Below the pieces are notes generated by a model that ran no database searches, was not told where the DNA came from, and saw nothing but the letters and a program-made list of their open reading frames with translations. 64,000 bases of DNA from Laetmonice hystrix (taxonomy: Eukaryota), in the NCBI GenBank assembly GCA_965235115.1, contig OZ249436.1, forward strand, positions 51,212,001-51,276,000, in the 5' to 3' direction. This document shows positions 1 through 12,278 of the stretch, piece by piece (position 1 is the stretch's first letter; each line of letters starts with the position of its first letter). The translations under genes were made by a program, and so were the position numbers.

Positions 1-3000
1 AAGGAACCCCTGAAAATTGGCACGTACAACCGGACAGCGCGGCCATTTGCCGGTTTCGGCGCGGAGTCTACGGGGGCGGCTCCCCCTGCCCCTGCAGCAT
101 CTCAACCGTACGGCGGCCCGCAGTACGGCGCGCCCCCGGCACAACAGCCGGCCTACGGCGCCCCGCCCGCCCCAGCCCAGTCCTACCAGTACGGCGGACC
201 TTCTCAGGACCAGTACAATGCCTACCAGTCCCAGCAAATGGCAGCGTGAGTATATAGCGAATCATTCAGTTTATACTATTCGCACTGTTCCTCAATAGTT
301 GATCAATAGATCGAAAGGTCTATACCCCACTTTCATGAATGTGTTGTCATAAAATGGTGCTTCCAGGTAGCCTAGTTCGATCCATTAAAACTCTCTACCC
401 GCCACTAGACTATACCGGGTTTTAATCAGTCCCTTATTAATCAATCATTTAATATAGGGACTTAATTACTGTACTCCTATTAGTAATCATTACTGGTTAC
501 TGCATGTGTAAGTAATGACTGCCCTGGGCCTAAGCGACCCATGCAGAAGGGGTGAAAGATGTGGGATAACACAACGGGATGACCTTGGGATCGTCGTGTC
601 CTCACTGACCTCTCTATCCCGACCCCCTAAACCTCCGCCCCAAACATACCTTCACCTCAATCTTTCTGACTTTGCCCTCACCCATTCAGCAGAGGTAAAA
701 GCGCTCGGTCAACGTTTTTCCCTGCCGTACCGTGAAATGGTGAATGTTTATCGGCTAGGCTGGTTGCCATGGGTAACGGGAACTCTCGGCATCTCATGCA
801 TGCCTGTCTCTAAACAGAGTATTTCATCATCAGGGGCCGAGATGGTAGGAGGGGTGAGGGGTTGGAGGGGTAGGGTGGGGTGAGGGGTAGGATGGGGTGA
901 GGGGTTGGAGGGGTAGGGTGGGGTGAGGGGTTGGAAGGGGTAGGGTGGGGGGGAGGGTTGGATGGGGTGAGGGGTTGGAGGGTACGTAGGTTGGCGTGAG
1001 GGGTTGGAGGGGTAGGGTGGGGTGAGGGGTTGGAGGGTAGGGTGGGGTGAGGGGTTGGAAGGGGTAGGGTGTGGTGAGGGGTTGGATGGGGTGAGGGGTT
1101 GGACGGGTAGGATGGGGTGAGGGGTTGGAAGGGGTAGGGTGGGGTGAGGGGTTGGATGGGGTGAGGGTTTGGAGGGTTAGGATGGGGTGAGGGGTGGAGG
1201 GATAGGATGGGGTGAGGGGTGGAGGGGTAGGATGGGGTGAGGGGTGGAGGGGTAGGATGGGGTGAGGGGTAGGATGGGGTGAGGGGTTGGTGGTGTAGGA
1301 TGGGGTGAGGGGTAGGATGGGGTGAGGGGTGGAGGGGTAGGATGGGGTGAGGGGTGGAGGGGTATGATGGGGTGGAGGGGTATGATGGGGTGAGGGGTTG
1401 GAGGGGTAGGATGGGGTGAGGGGTTGGTGGTGTAGGATGGGGTGAGGGGTTGGTGGTGTAGGATGGGGTGAGGGGTGGAGGGGTAGGATGGGGTAAGGGG
1501 TTGGAGGGGTATGATGGGGTGAGGGGTGGAGGGGTATGATGGGGTGAGGGGTTGGACGGGTAGGATGGGGTGAGGGGTAGGATGGGGTGAGGGGTTGGAG
1601 GGGTAGGATGGGGTGAGGGGTTGGAGGGGTAGGATGGGGTGAGGGGTTGGAGGGGTAGGATGGGGTGAGGGGTTGGTGGGGTGAGGGGTTGGAGGGGTAG
1701 GATGGGGTAGGGATTGGCGGTGTAGGATGGAGGGGTTGAAGGCGACAAGCTTGTATATGAATCATACGATTGAAGATCTGAGACACACTGTCTAATCAAA
1801 GTCGACTGATTACCGGCCCAGATCAGAATGAAATACCCATGGCTATAGATTCATAGGCCGGTGGAGGGGGTGGGAGGCACTGGGAGGCACACGTGCCCCT
1901 CAATCGTCGTTGAAGGGGTTTCTCATTTGAATTTTCCTTTGTAGTATGCATTAATGACGTCAGCATAGTTATAACTTGGGAATTTCTTTAAAATTCTGTT
2001 CCAGAGGTGACCTTTGTATCTCTCTGCGTATCTCTGTGTTAGATTGTCATTTGCATTGAGACCCAGAAAATTGGATAATTCCGTGTAACTGACGTTGTTG
2101 ACACACACTAGACACCACACACCGACTTGTCCGAGGTCCGTAATTCGGCCTTCCCCTGCGGAGAGAATGCCCGACATGCCGCGCGCTATTACTAATTGTT
2201 AGGCTAGTTGTGGGGACGTCGATATACCAACCAGGATATATGTGGTCAGGACATACAGGGTCAACGCAGTACGACGGAGGAGTCACTCAGTGTCGGCAAA
2301 TAAATTCCTTCACTAATTCTCTTCCCAACACACGTGATCTTTGAATCTAATGACAAATGTTTGAAATTTGCAAATCGCATAGCTAAAGCGTGACTGAGAC
2401 CCGATCGTCACTGTTAGAAACGAAACGCACAGCTTCATTGTCTCAACATTATTTTATAAGCACGATTACCAGAATATTATAACCAGGATTTGAAAAGAAG
2501 GACCTTTCTTATAGTCACTGAAAGGAGCTTATACGGACTTATACAAGACCTAGAAAATGGGACAAAGATATCTATATCATGAAGCTCATGTTTGCCTGGC
2601 ATGCCTGCATGATTGTAGAGTTTGGAAAAGGAAAAAGGGGCGACTTGTAATCAGGGGGAAACTATACCAGCTGTAAAAGTTGTGATGGTTTTATACATGA
2701 ATTGTGAATGTACAATAAATTGACATATCACGATTTGGAAACGTATAGGCCTTGTGTAGAAGTCATGTGGCTAGATACACTGCTACAGGTGTGCAGCCTG
2801 CAGGGGGTGACATTATTAGAATGTCAACCAGGTAATCATGCTCCGAGATAGTAACTTACCCACCAGGTGGACCAAAATCTTAGGGCCTGGGTTCGATTCC
2901 TGTAGAGGACTATACAACTTTTCTCTTTAGGGACATTGTCAAAGTAATTGGGTTACCCCTGATGCCCGTGTGTTTCAAAAGAAAAATACAGTCTACGCCA

Positions 3001-6000
3001 GTGCCAGGATTACCTTAACAGTCAATGTTCGGTAGAAATCATGTGTAGCTCTAACTAGGAAAATATGGATTCCGTCTCATTTCAAAAAGATGTGTGTAGG
3101 GGGGAGGGTCCATTGTCCTGCTCGACCACCAAAGCTCCTTTTTAAGGGGAGTGGCGGTGGCCTAGTGGGCATGGATGTCGACACCTTATGCTATGCGAAT
3201 GGGTGCAGTAATCTTAGGGCCTGGGTTCGATTCCTGTAGAGGACTATACAACTTTTCTCTTTAGGGACATTGTCAAAGTAATTGGGTTACCCCTGATGCC
3301 CGTGTGTTTCAAAAGAAAAATACAGTCTACGCCAGTGCCAGGATTACCTTAACAGTCAATGTTCGGTAGAAATCATGTGTAGCTCTAACTAGGAAAATAT
3401 GGATTCCGTCTCATTTCAAAAAGATGTGTGTAGGGGGGAGGGTCCATTGTCCTGCTCGACCACCAAAGCTCCTTTTTAAGGGGAGTGGCGGTGGCCTAGT
3501 GGGCATGGATGTCGACACCTTATGCTATGCGAATGGGTGCAGTAATCTTAGGGCCTGGGTTCGATTCCTGTAGAGGACTATACAACTTTTCTCTTTAGGG
3601 ACATTGTCAAAGTAATTGGGTTACCCCTGATGCCCGTGTGTTTCAAAAGAAAAATACAGTCTACGCCAGTGCCAGGATTACCTTAACAGTCAATGTTCGG
3701 TAGAAATCATGTGTAGCTCTAACTAGGAAAATATGGATTCCGTCTCATTTCAAAAAGATGTGTGTAGGGGGGAGGGTCCATTGTCCTGCTCGACCACCAA
3801 AGCTCCTTTTTAAGGGGAGTGGCGGTGGCCTAGTGGGCATGGATGTCGACACCTTATGCTATGCGAATGGGTGCAGTAATCTTAGGGCCTGGGTTCGATT
3901 CCTGTAGAGGACTATACAACTTTTCTCTTTAGGGACATTGTCAAAGTAATTGGGTTACCCCTGATGCCCGTGTGTTTCAAAAGAAAAATACAGTCTACGC
4001 CAGTGCCAGGATTACCTTAACAGTCAATGTTCGGTAGAAATCATGTGTAGCTCTAACTAGGAAAATATGGATTCCGTCTCATTTCAAAAAGATGTGTGTA
4101 GGGGGGAGGGTCCATTGTCCTGCTCGACCACCAAAGCTCCTTTTTAAGGGGAGTGGCGGTGGCCTAGTGGGCATGGATGTCGACACCTTATGCTATGCGA
4201 ATGGGTGCAGTAATCTTAGGGCCTGGGTTCGATTCCTGTAGAGGACTATACAACTTTTCTCTTTAGGGACATTGTCAAAGTAATTGGGTTACCCCTGATG
4301 CCCGTGTGTTTCAAAAGAAAAATACAGTCTACGCCAGTGCCAGGATTACCTTAACAGTCAATGTTCGGTAGAAATCATGTGTAGCTCTAACTAGGAAAAT
4401 ATGGATTCCGTCTCATTTCAAAAAGATGTGTGTAGGGGGGAGGGTCCATTGTCCTGCTCGACCACCAAAGCTCCTTTTTAAGGGGAGTGGCGGTGGCCTA
4501 GTGGGCATGGATGTCGACACCTTATGCTATGCGAATGGGTGCAGTAATCTTAGGGCCTGGGTTCGATTCCTGTAGAGGACTATACAACTTTTCTCTTTAG
4601 GGACATTGTCAAAGTAATTGGGTTACCCCTGATGCCCGTGTGTTTCAAAAGAAAAATACAGTCTACGCCAGTGCCAGGATTACCTTAACAGTCAATGTTC
4701 GGTAGAAATCATGTGTAGCTCTAACTAGGAAAATATGGATTCCGTCTCATTTCAAAAAGATGTGTGTAGGGGGGAGGGTCCATTGTCCTGCTCGACCACC
4801 AAAGCTCCTTTTTAAGGGGAGTGGCGGTGGCCTAGTGGGCATGGATGTCGACACCTTATGCTATGCGAATGGGTGCAGTAATCTTAGGGCCTGGGTTCGA
4901 TTCCTGTAGAGGACTATACAACTTTTCTCTTTAGGGACATTGTCAAAGTAATTGGGTTACCCCTGATGCCCGTGTGTTTCAAAAGAAAAATACTACCATG
5001 CTATTTTCTTGGCCAGAGGCGCACATATCTAACTCGTATGGACACGATTTATTTGTAACCTTCCTCCGAAGGAATGCAGGCTTACAGGGAAGGGGACGAT
5101 ACCTCACTCAAACATGGGACAATGAGTAGAATTTCCTAAACCATGGATGTGTGATGGCCTTGATGTTTTCATTTCCTTTGTCTGCAGATTGAAACACCCT
5201 AACCTGTAGAACGAAAACCGTTCCGAAGTGTGTTTTCGGGGATACCACAGCTTCCTATTTTACCGGGGATTGTCTGAATTATCAGATGTCACGACAGTGT
5301 ATGACACGAAGCTTTTTTTCCTTTTCTAGGCAGTGGCCCATAGTCCAGGTTTATAGATTTAGGACATGACACAAAATAACTTCGGCCTATTTTTATTTCA
5401 GATGCTTATAACATAGAATATTATTTTATTTCATGACCTTGAATGACCGTCGGCGCCGATATTATGTTTTACTTTATAGCCAGCACCAGGCAGGTGGATA
5501 CGGAGGGGGTTACGGGGATAACCCCACTGTGGTGCCCACACAGGCTGCTCCAGCCTACGCTGCACCTCCTCCACCGCAGCAACCTCAGGCTGCGCAGCCA
5601 CCACCACAACCACAGGGTAAGTCGTGTGCTTCCCAACAGGTGGCGCGTCTGCATGCAATGCAACAGCACGACGTTAAAAAGACGCGGTAGGCCTGGACAT
5701 GTGACTTCGCCACCAGCATGATTCTGTTTATAGGAGGATAAATCAATTCAGTCCCATGACTCCCAGCTTGACGTTGGTTTCAAAAGAAAGACCCGACTGA
5801 ATGTTAACAAAATCTGACAATGAATCATGTCTTGGCTTTGTGACAAAATGAATGACTTTAACGTCATCACGTCTGCTAGCGTTGATTTGCTTTTTGCATG
5901 CCTAATATTGTTTGCCGATTGTAGACTTACATTTTCTATTGGCTCTACAATGGACATCAGCATCGTGTGTACAATGGCTGCCACCTCGATCTGCCTAATG

Positions 6001-9000
6001 ATGTTCCCATATTTCGTCTGCATGTTTTAAAGAGTTTTATTTCAGATTTGCTGGATTGCTGTAGTCAATTATTGTTCCTCAACATTGACCAACTAACCCA
6101 GAGTTCCCAGTAGTTCAATTCCTAACATTTACCGCTTACTAATCCACAGGTTTTATCACATGTATCTTACAGTCCAACTGACCATGAGAAGTCAACAACT
6201 CCTGAGAAATCAACGTGTACAGTTAGGTCCGAACGATCCCCGAAATCAGCGCCGAGTAACACAGACGTCCATTTATCCCCTACTTACCTCGCGGTGCATA
6301 AAACGTCGACAGCGACCCCTGGCGGTAGTAAAGACCGCATGCGCAGCGTGTCGCCGACACACGCGGCCGTACAGGAGGAGGATGGACAGACTAGGAACGC
6401 TGTGTCAGTGACCTGTGATGATGAACCCGGAGTGGTCAAGCAGTCAAGGTCATTCCGTATGTTAGAACAGGAGCTGGGGACGGCTGACCAAGGGCCGGTC
6501 ACGGCAGGTGAGCCGGAGGGGAGTGGCTTGTGTGGGTGTGTGCCGGGTAGGTACGCACTTCCTGGAGAGAACTTATAACCTAGGCCTATTAGTATTAGGC
6601 CTACTTTCGACTCCCATTCACATTTTTAATGACAATTTGGCGACTGAGCTGTTCAAATTGACACCGAGAAACTCTGTTTGATCAACAAGCACTCGCCAAT
6701 AGAGTCAGGCGGTAAAGTCAAGAACAAGGTCGCCGCTTAGGGGTAGATCTATATTCTGTTTTCTTTTCTTCTTCTTCTCCTCCTCCCTCTACACTTTCTC
6801 TTCCTCCCCTGTCTCCTTCGATCGTCTTAACTATCTTCTACCCTTTTTCCTCTTTCTCTCCCATTTCCTCCTCTTCCTCTTTCTGTACTTCTTCCTTTTC
6901 TACTTCCTCATCTTCTCTTTCTCTAATTCTTCCTTTTCTTATTCCTCCTCTTTCTCTACTTCTTCCTTTTCTTATTCCTCCTCTTTCTCTTCTTCTTCCC
7001 CTTTTATATTTCTTTTTCATTAAATTATTCAAAGCAGAAACAACGTGAACCAATGGGCAAATTCAACGTTAAAAAGCGGCTGAAAGGTTTCCCCAGCCAC
7101 CTCACCTCTCTGATTGACCTGATCTGGGGTTTCAGTAGGTCTAATGAGTAGACATCTAGCCTATACCTCATGGTGGTGAAAGGTTTGGGTAGGCATAAAT
7201 CACGGTCTGGATCCCTGATCATGAAAAAAGGAGAGTAGAGCAATGCCAGCCTAGTCTATAGCATAGGCCTACTGCAGTATCATATAGCACCTCTCGGGGC
7301 GAAATTAGAAAACGGTAGGCTTAACATCCTTTAGGATCGCGTTATAGGCCTACATTTGTGGCCAATAGTTAACGTAGCTCAGCGGTGTCAGCCCTGCTAT
7401 TAGGCCTAATTAGCCTATAACATCTCATTAAGATGTGTTTGTCTTCATTAGTTAATCACGGGGAGTTTAGTCAAAAGGTGCGACGAGAATTGTCAGTGCA
7501 CTGATCCCTGTGTGAGACTGAATTTTACCAAAGCATGTTGACTTGTTTTGTTTCTGGGCCTACCGTCTGTGGCATAACGATGAGCATGGTCTAAGTGTAT
7601 AGCCACAACAGCCGAGCTTTGTATATATGCCTCTATTATATTGCATGATTGACAACTCGTTGAACCAATTTCCGACAATAGGGCTACATTAATTTGGTCT
7701 ATGGTTCCATTTAGAACGAAAGTAGGTCTAGCCTAAACCAATAGACGCTAGGTAGACCTATAGACCTAGGGCTATTCTAGCAACAGCCATTCAGTAGCCA
7801 AGAGGTTTATTTCCAGTATAAGGGCTAAAATTCTAAAATTATGAGATTGCAAAGAGAGCGGCCGGCTTCATAGAAGTCACGTCTGCTTATGCTATACCTA
7901 CGGATGGCGTTATTGCACTGCCCGGGAAGTCAATGTGAACTCTGTCCTCTCCCACCAGGTGGCGCTGTTCCAGGTATTAGGTCCGTACGGGCGCCGGTAA
8001 CGAAGCCACCTAGCGAGAGGCCGCAGCAACAGCATCCAACGTGCGGCGTGTGTGGAGGTCTAATAGTGTGAGTATTTGGCGGGAGGCAAAACTTAGTGAG
8101 TGTGTGAGTGACTGTGAGCACTTGAGTGATTTCAGTGGGCGTAACCCATTAGACCTACTTTGAGAATGTCCGGAAAGAGAAAAGTTAGTCCTCTACTGGA
8201 ATCGAACCCCAGCCCCAAGATTACTGCACCCATTCACATAGCATAGAAGTCTAAGGCATCAACGCCCGTAATGTTAAGGCAATGGTCAGCTGAACCAAAA
8301 GGAAAATATTCTGTATAATTGATACTATTAATTAATTAATTAATTTCAGAGGAGTATTTGTGAGAATTAGCGGAGAGCCTCTACATCCCGAGTGTTTTAA
8401 GTGTACGCGTTGTGGCAAGAATCTCAAAAACCAAGGTGAGGAAATAGAGATAGCAACCGTTTTCCCAGATGATAACATGGAATTATGTTTGAAGCTACAA
8501 TTGTTGTAACCAGGAACAAGTAGGCCTAACTTTAGATCTAATTGTCAGTCTCGAACAGAACAATAAACTTACAAAGAAACTCAAGGCTTGATAATTCCTC
8601 CATTATAAATCGGTCTGTGATTGGTCTGTGTCTATAGGTCACTTCACGATCGAGGGTAAGCGGTATTGTGACACGTGTGCCGAACAGGTGGCCGAACCTC
8701 CCGGTCCCGACATGGTAGCCACTCCGGTCTACAGGTCAGTTCAACTTTTACCTATCCTAATTTATCATTAGACCTAGGCTACATTACATTTCACAACAGT
8801 GGGCGCCACTTTTCAGTAAAAAAAGCATAGAAAAGTCGAATTTCTCATACAGTTGGGGGGGGGGGCTGCAAATTGGATTTTTTAAATAAAAATCTATTGA
8901 TAAGTTGTATTGGCACTTAAAAAGGTGTGTGTGTGTGGGGGGGGGGGGGGGTGAACCCCGCCAGCCCCCCTCCCCCTCCTCTGGCTAATGCCACTTATAA

Positions 9001-9065
9001 CACATTTCTAAAATGTTGTCAAAAATAGTTTTGATTAACTGGAAATGCAATCATCTCCCAGGTAA
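1..9065 (+). CDS. ALP-subfamily PDZ-LIM protein (PDLIM1/3/4-like, Zasp-related), 3' portion; spliced CDS begins upstream of the window
   Basis: Exons reconstructed with GT-AG sites and consistent phases: <1-245 (KEPLKIGTYNRTARPF...), 5480-5616 (Pro/Gln/Gly-rich), optional 6173-6507 (SPTYLAVH, KQSRSFRMLEQEL), 7959-8067 (GIRSVRAPVTKPP...PTCGVCGGLIV), 8350-8435 (GVFVRISGEPLHPECFKCTRCGKNLKNQ), 8638-8734 (GHFTIEGKRYCDTCAEQVAEPPGPDMVATPVY), probable terminal exon from 9062 (AG+G then TAA). The single C-terminal LIM domain has canonical C-x2-C...H-x2-C-x2-C-x2-C...C-x2-C spacing. The RSVxAPVTK motif before the LIM domain and the PPG..V..V tail are characteristic of PDLIM1/3. Exact ortholog not assigned. 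Confidence 0.88.
843..1741. repeat. G-rich minisatellite, about 26-bp unit (gatggggtgaggggttggaggggtag), G-quadruplex-prone, in PDZ-LIM intron
   Basis: Directly visible degenerate tandem array with repeated GGGG tracts, all on the + strand. It generates the spurious P/H/T/S-rich ORFs on the - strand. Confidence 0.95.
2877..4993 (+). repeat. Tandem array of a 334-bp unit (about 6.3 copies), each full unit carrying a tRNA-derived Pol III head
   Basis: The marker tagggcctgg recurs at 2881, 3215, 3549, 3883, 4217, 4551 and 4885 (period 334). Units appear essentially identical. Each full unit has A-box-like gtggcctagtgg, B-box gggttcgattcc and a downstream TTTT. Confidence 0.95.
6173..6507 (+). 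CDS. Alternative internal exon of the PDZ-LIM gene (phase 2 in, phase 1 out)
   Basis: Acceptor tatcttacag|, donor cag|gtgagc. 335 nt, open in one frame (PTDHEK...KQSRSFRMLEQELGTADQGPVTA). QSRSF-x-L is a conserved ALP/Enigma-family motif. Confidence 0.72.
6765..7020. repeat. Pyrimidine-rich (CT) low-complexity tract
   Basis: Near-pure C/T run on the + strand. The E/R/K-rich ORF on the - strand is a by-product. Confidence 0.85.
8140..8280 (-). mobile_element. Dispersed copy of the same tRNA-derived SINE-like head found in the 334-bp array
   Basis: Reverse complement reads ...ttagacttctatgctatgtgaatgggtgcagtaatcttggggctggggttcgattccagtagaggactaacttttctctttccggacattctcaaagta..., clearly homologous to the array unit. 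Confidence 0.8.
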
Positions 9066-9739
9066 AGGACTTTGCTGGGGCCGCAGCTTACTGGATCTCC
9101 GTGTGGCGTTGCCATGGAGACACGTGTGTCGAGCAGAGAACAACGCCGAAACAGAAAACGTCCAGTCTCCAGTACCACAGATGCCAACTCGCAGAATTTC
9201 TGCCAAAGTAGATCTGCCTTTGCTGGTGCTATTACCAAGCAAAATATGAAGAAATCATTTTGTAGGAAAAACAGATTAGGCCTCATCACTCATGGACAAC
9301 TTCTTTAATCTGTCATATAATTATTAGCATTGCTACAACTGGAACTTTTATTTATTGTTTAATGGTCTAGTTGAACCTCTTTAGATACCTTTAAGATTAT
9401 ATCGTCGGGAATTGAGAGACATTTTCGTGGGGCCAGAGGCTGAGGTACTGTGCATCAGGCCAGACGATTGATGAAACAGGTGGATACCAAAGCTGGAGGT
9501 CGACTTGAAAGGGCGTCCGAATATACCCAAATTATCTGCTCGGCGCACACCCTGTCGATATGTGGTCCTTCGTAGAAATGTGAATTCCCCCCCCCCCCCC
9601 AAAAAAAAAAAACAACAAAAAAAAAACATTATAGTTAAGAAAAACGTGTATTCAATAAATTATGACTGAAGTATCTTACCTAGGTAATTAATTTATCACT
9701 TGACCTCTATCGGATAAAGTAGATGTTGAATGGCCTAAA

Positions 9740-10606
9740 CTTGTCCTTCGCCCAAACCATGCAATGTTGGTAAACCTGTACAATCCTATATCATGGTGTC
9801 AATATCAAGGCTTGTCCTTCACCCAAACCATGCAATGCTGGTAAACCTGTACAATCATCCTATATCATGGTGTCAATATCAAGGCTTGTCCTTCACCCAA
9901 ACCATGCAATGCTGGTAAACTTGTACAATCCTATATCATGGTGTCAATATCAAGGCTTGTCCTTCACCCAAACCATGCAATGCTGGTAAACCTGTACAAT
10001 CCTATATCATGGTGTCAATATCAAGGCTTGTCCTTCACCCAAACCATGCAATGCTGGTAAACTTGTACAATCATCCTATATCATGGTGTCAATATCAAGG
10101 CTTGTCCTTCACCCAAACCATGCAATGCTGGTAAACCTGTACAATCCTATATCATGGTGTCAATATCAAGGCTTGTCCTTCACCCAAACCATGCAATGCT
10201 GGTAAACTTGTACAATCATCCTATATCATGGTGTCAATATCAAGGCTTGTCCTTCACCCAAACCATGCAATGCTGGTAAACCTGTACAATCCTATATCAT
10301 GGTGTCAATATCAAGGCTTGTCCTTCACCCAAACCATGCAATGCTGGTAAACCTGTACCATCCTATATCATGGTGTCAATATCAAGGCTTGTCCTTCACC
10401 CAAACCATGCAATGCTGGTAAACCTGTACAATCCTATCATGGTGTCAATATCAAGGCTTGTCCTTCACCCAAACCATGCAATGCTGGTAAACTTGTACAA
10501 TCATCCTATATCATGGTGTCAATATCAAGGCTTGTCCTTCACCCAAACCATGCAATGCTGGTAAACCTGTACAATCCTATATCATGGTGTCAATATCAAG
10601 GCTTGT
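9740..10606. repeat. Minisatellite, 71/74-bp unit, about 12 copies, between the convergent 3' ends of the PDZ-LIM gene and AGK
   Basis: Unit cttgtccttcacccaaaccatgcaatgctggtaaacctgtacaat(cat)cctatatcatggtgtcaatatcaagg. Starts at 9740 and 9811 give period 71; variants carry an extra CAT. Confidence 0.95.
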
Positions 10607-12278
10607 ACGAGTTCAGGGAAATTTTTGAATTTCTTTCTTCGCGTTCTTCAGGAAATTAGTGGACTAAGGTGGTTGAAAGTCAAACCTTGTAAATGGATAG
10701 CGACGAGCATCAGTCAAAAACCACTGTGATGTTTGAAATTCGATTAACTAGGCTATTGTTGGGAAACGGTATGAAAAATCTTGCTCCAAGAAGTACGAGC
10801 GCTGATGCCCATAGAAAAAAACTGGTGTGACCTCTGCGAATCCATGCTTTTTCAAGAAGCCACTTGTGATAACCCCCTAGACTGATTGCTGTATTTTGGA
10901 TTGTTTTAGTTACTGAGTGAAAACCGTCTGCTCGAGACGTTTTGTGTGGAGTGGAGTGAGAGGCTTGGGAATGCATGCAGCGCCACCCTGCGGGGAATAA
11001 CCGAACTTTTGACTCCAGATCATGTTAATATCGAAACAGAGATCTGTCCATTACAGTGATTTCGCCGACATCAACCTGTTAATTACGGGGTAATTAATTT
11101 GTTATCATGATTACCACATGGTATGATTGCATGTACCGTACAGTGTATGATTAATGATTAAGGTAGTAATGGGGGAATACTTGTACATAGGACCTATACG
11201 TGGTCGGGCCTATTAGAGGGGTCTCATTATCAAATTAAAATTAACGTGAACAAGTACCAAAGACTGTATTTAATGCCTGGGAGGGGGTGCAGCTGTCTGC
11301 AAGGGCAGTGGTGGTAAATCACCATACGATATGGTTACATGTTGTGAGGTAATAACGTGGCTATTATAATAAACTGGTATCAGTATTTTAACTGCAGATT
11401 TCTTTCTCTGATTGAGGGTTAAATCAAGGAAGAATCATGAAATAATTTGTGACGAAATGATCGACCGCACAATATCAAACATCACGTCTTGGTGTTTCTA
11501 TTTTTTGTCTAACCGTGCTGATCGGCGACAATGAATGGTGACGTGCTCGAGACGCCGGAAAAAACACGTAAAAGGTCGGTTCTCGTTCCCAAATCCTCTC
11601 ATAGGGGTCTCTGCTGGTCGCCACAAGCAGAGACCCCTATGAGGGGAATTACGACCGATACATCGAGAGAATCACGTGACGTACGTTGTTTGTGAAAATG
11701 TTCAGTTCTTTGCCACACCTAGGCTGGTGTCAGAGTTAGGAAATAACCTATAAGCTATGATAGTAGCCCCCCCCCCCCCCCACGTGAACACTGCCAGGAG
11801 GGAATGGTGCGCCCTTCCTCTCGTACTGTTGGCTGCTGATACTTTGAAAATTTCAAAACTAGAAGACAATAAAATGTATTGTTGTCGATGTGCAGTTTTG
11901 TCTTTCTTCATGCGCATGATCATGAATGAAATTTTTCTAGACGTCATTGCCTGTATTAGCCAATAAGGTTTCATGAACTGCTTCCATATTTAATGCATAA
12001 ATCTCCCTTCCCCTAATACACAAAAACATTCAGGTCATATTTACAAACTTTTATTCTCATTCAAAGCCTGGACTCAAACACACTGTAGACGAGGCATAGA
12101 ATATCACCCACATCCATCCTTTGTATTTCTATTTACAAATGTACACCCCCATTTTATATTTACCATACTTGCAGAACCTCCTCATTTAAACATATAACAG
12201 CAGAACATCAACTGATCAACATTATTCATGTACACTTGCACCAATTAAACTGTTCTGTCCCTAAAATGTCTCCTCCGG

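Noticed and set aside
810-1799. Two long Pro/His/Thr-rich ORFs (329 and 318 aa) resembling extensins
   Set aside because: They are the reverse complement of the G-rich minisatellite, which lacks stop codons by composition.
2877-4993. Functional tRNA gene cluster or CRISPR array
   Set aside because: Acceptor and T stems do not pair properly, so these are not canonical tRNAs. No array in the window has unique spacers, there are no cas genes, and the DNA is eukaryotic.
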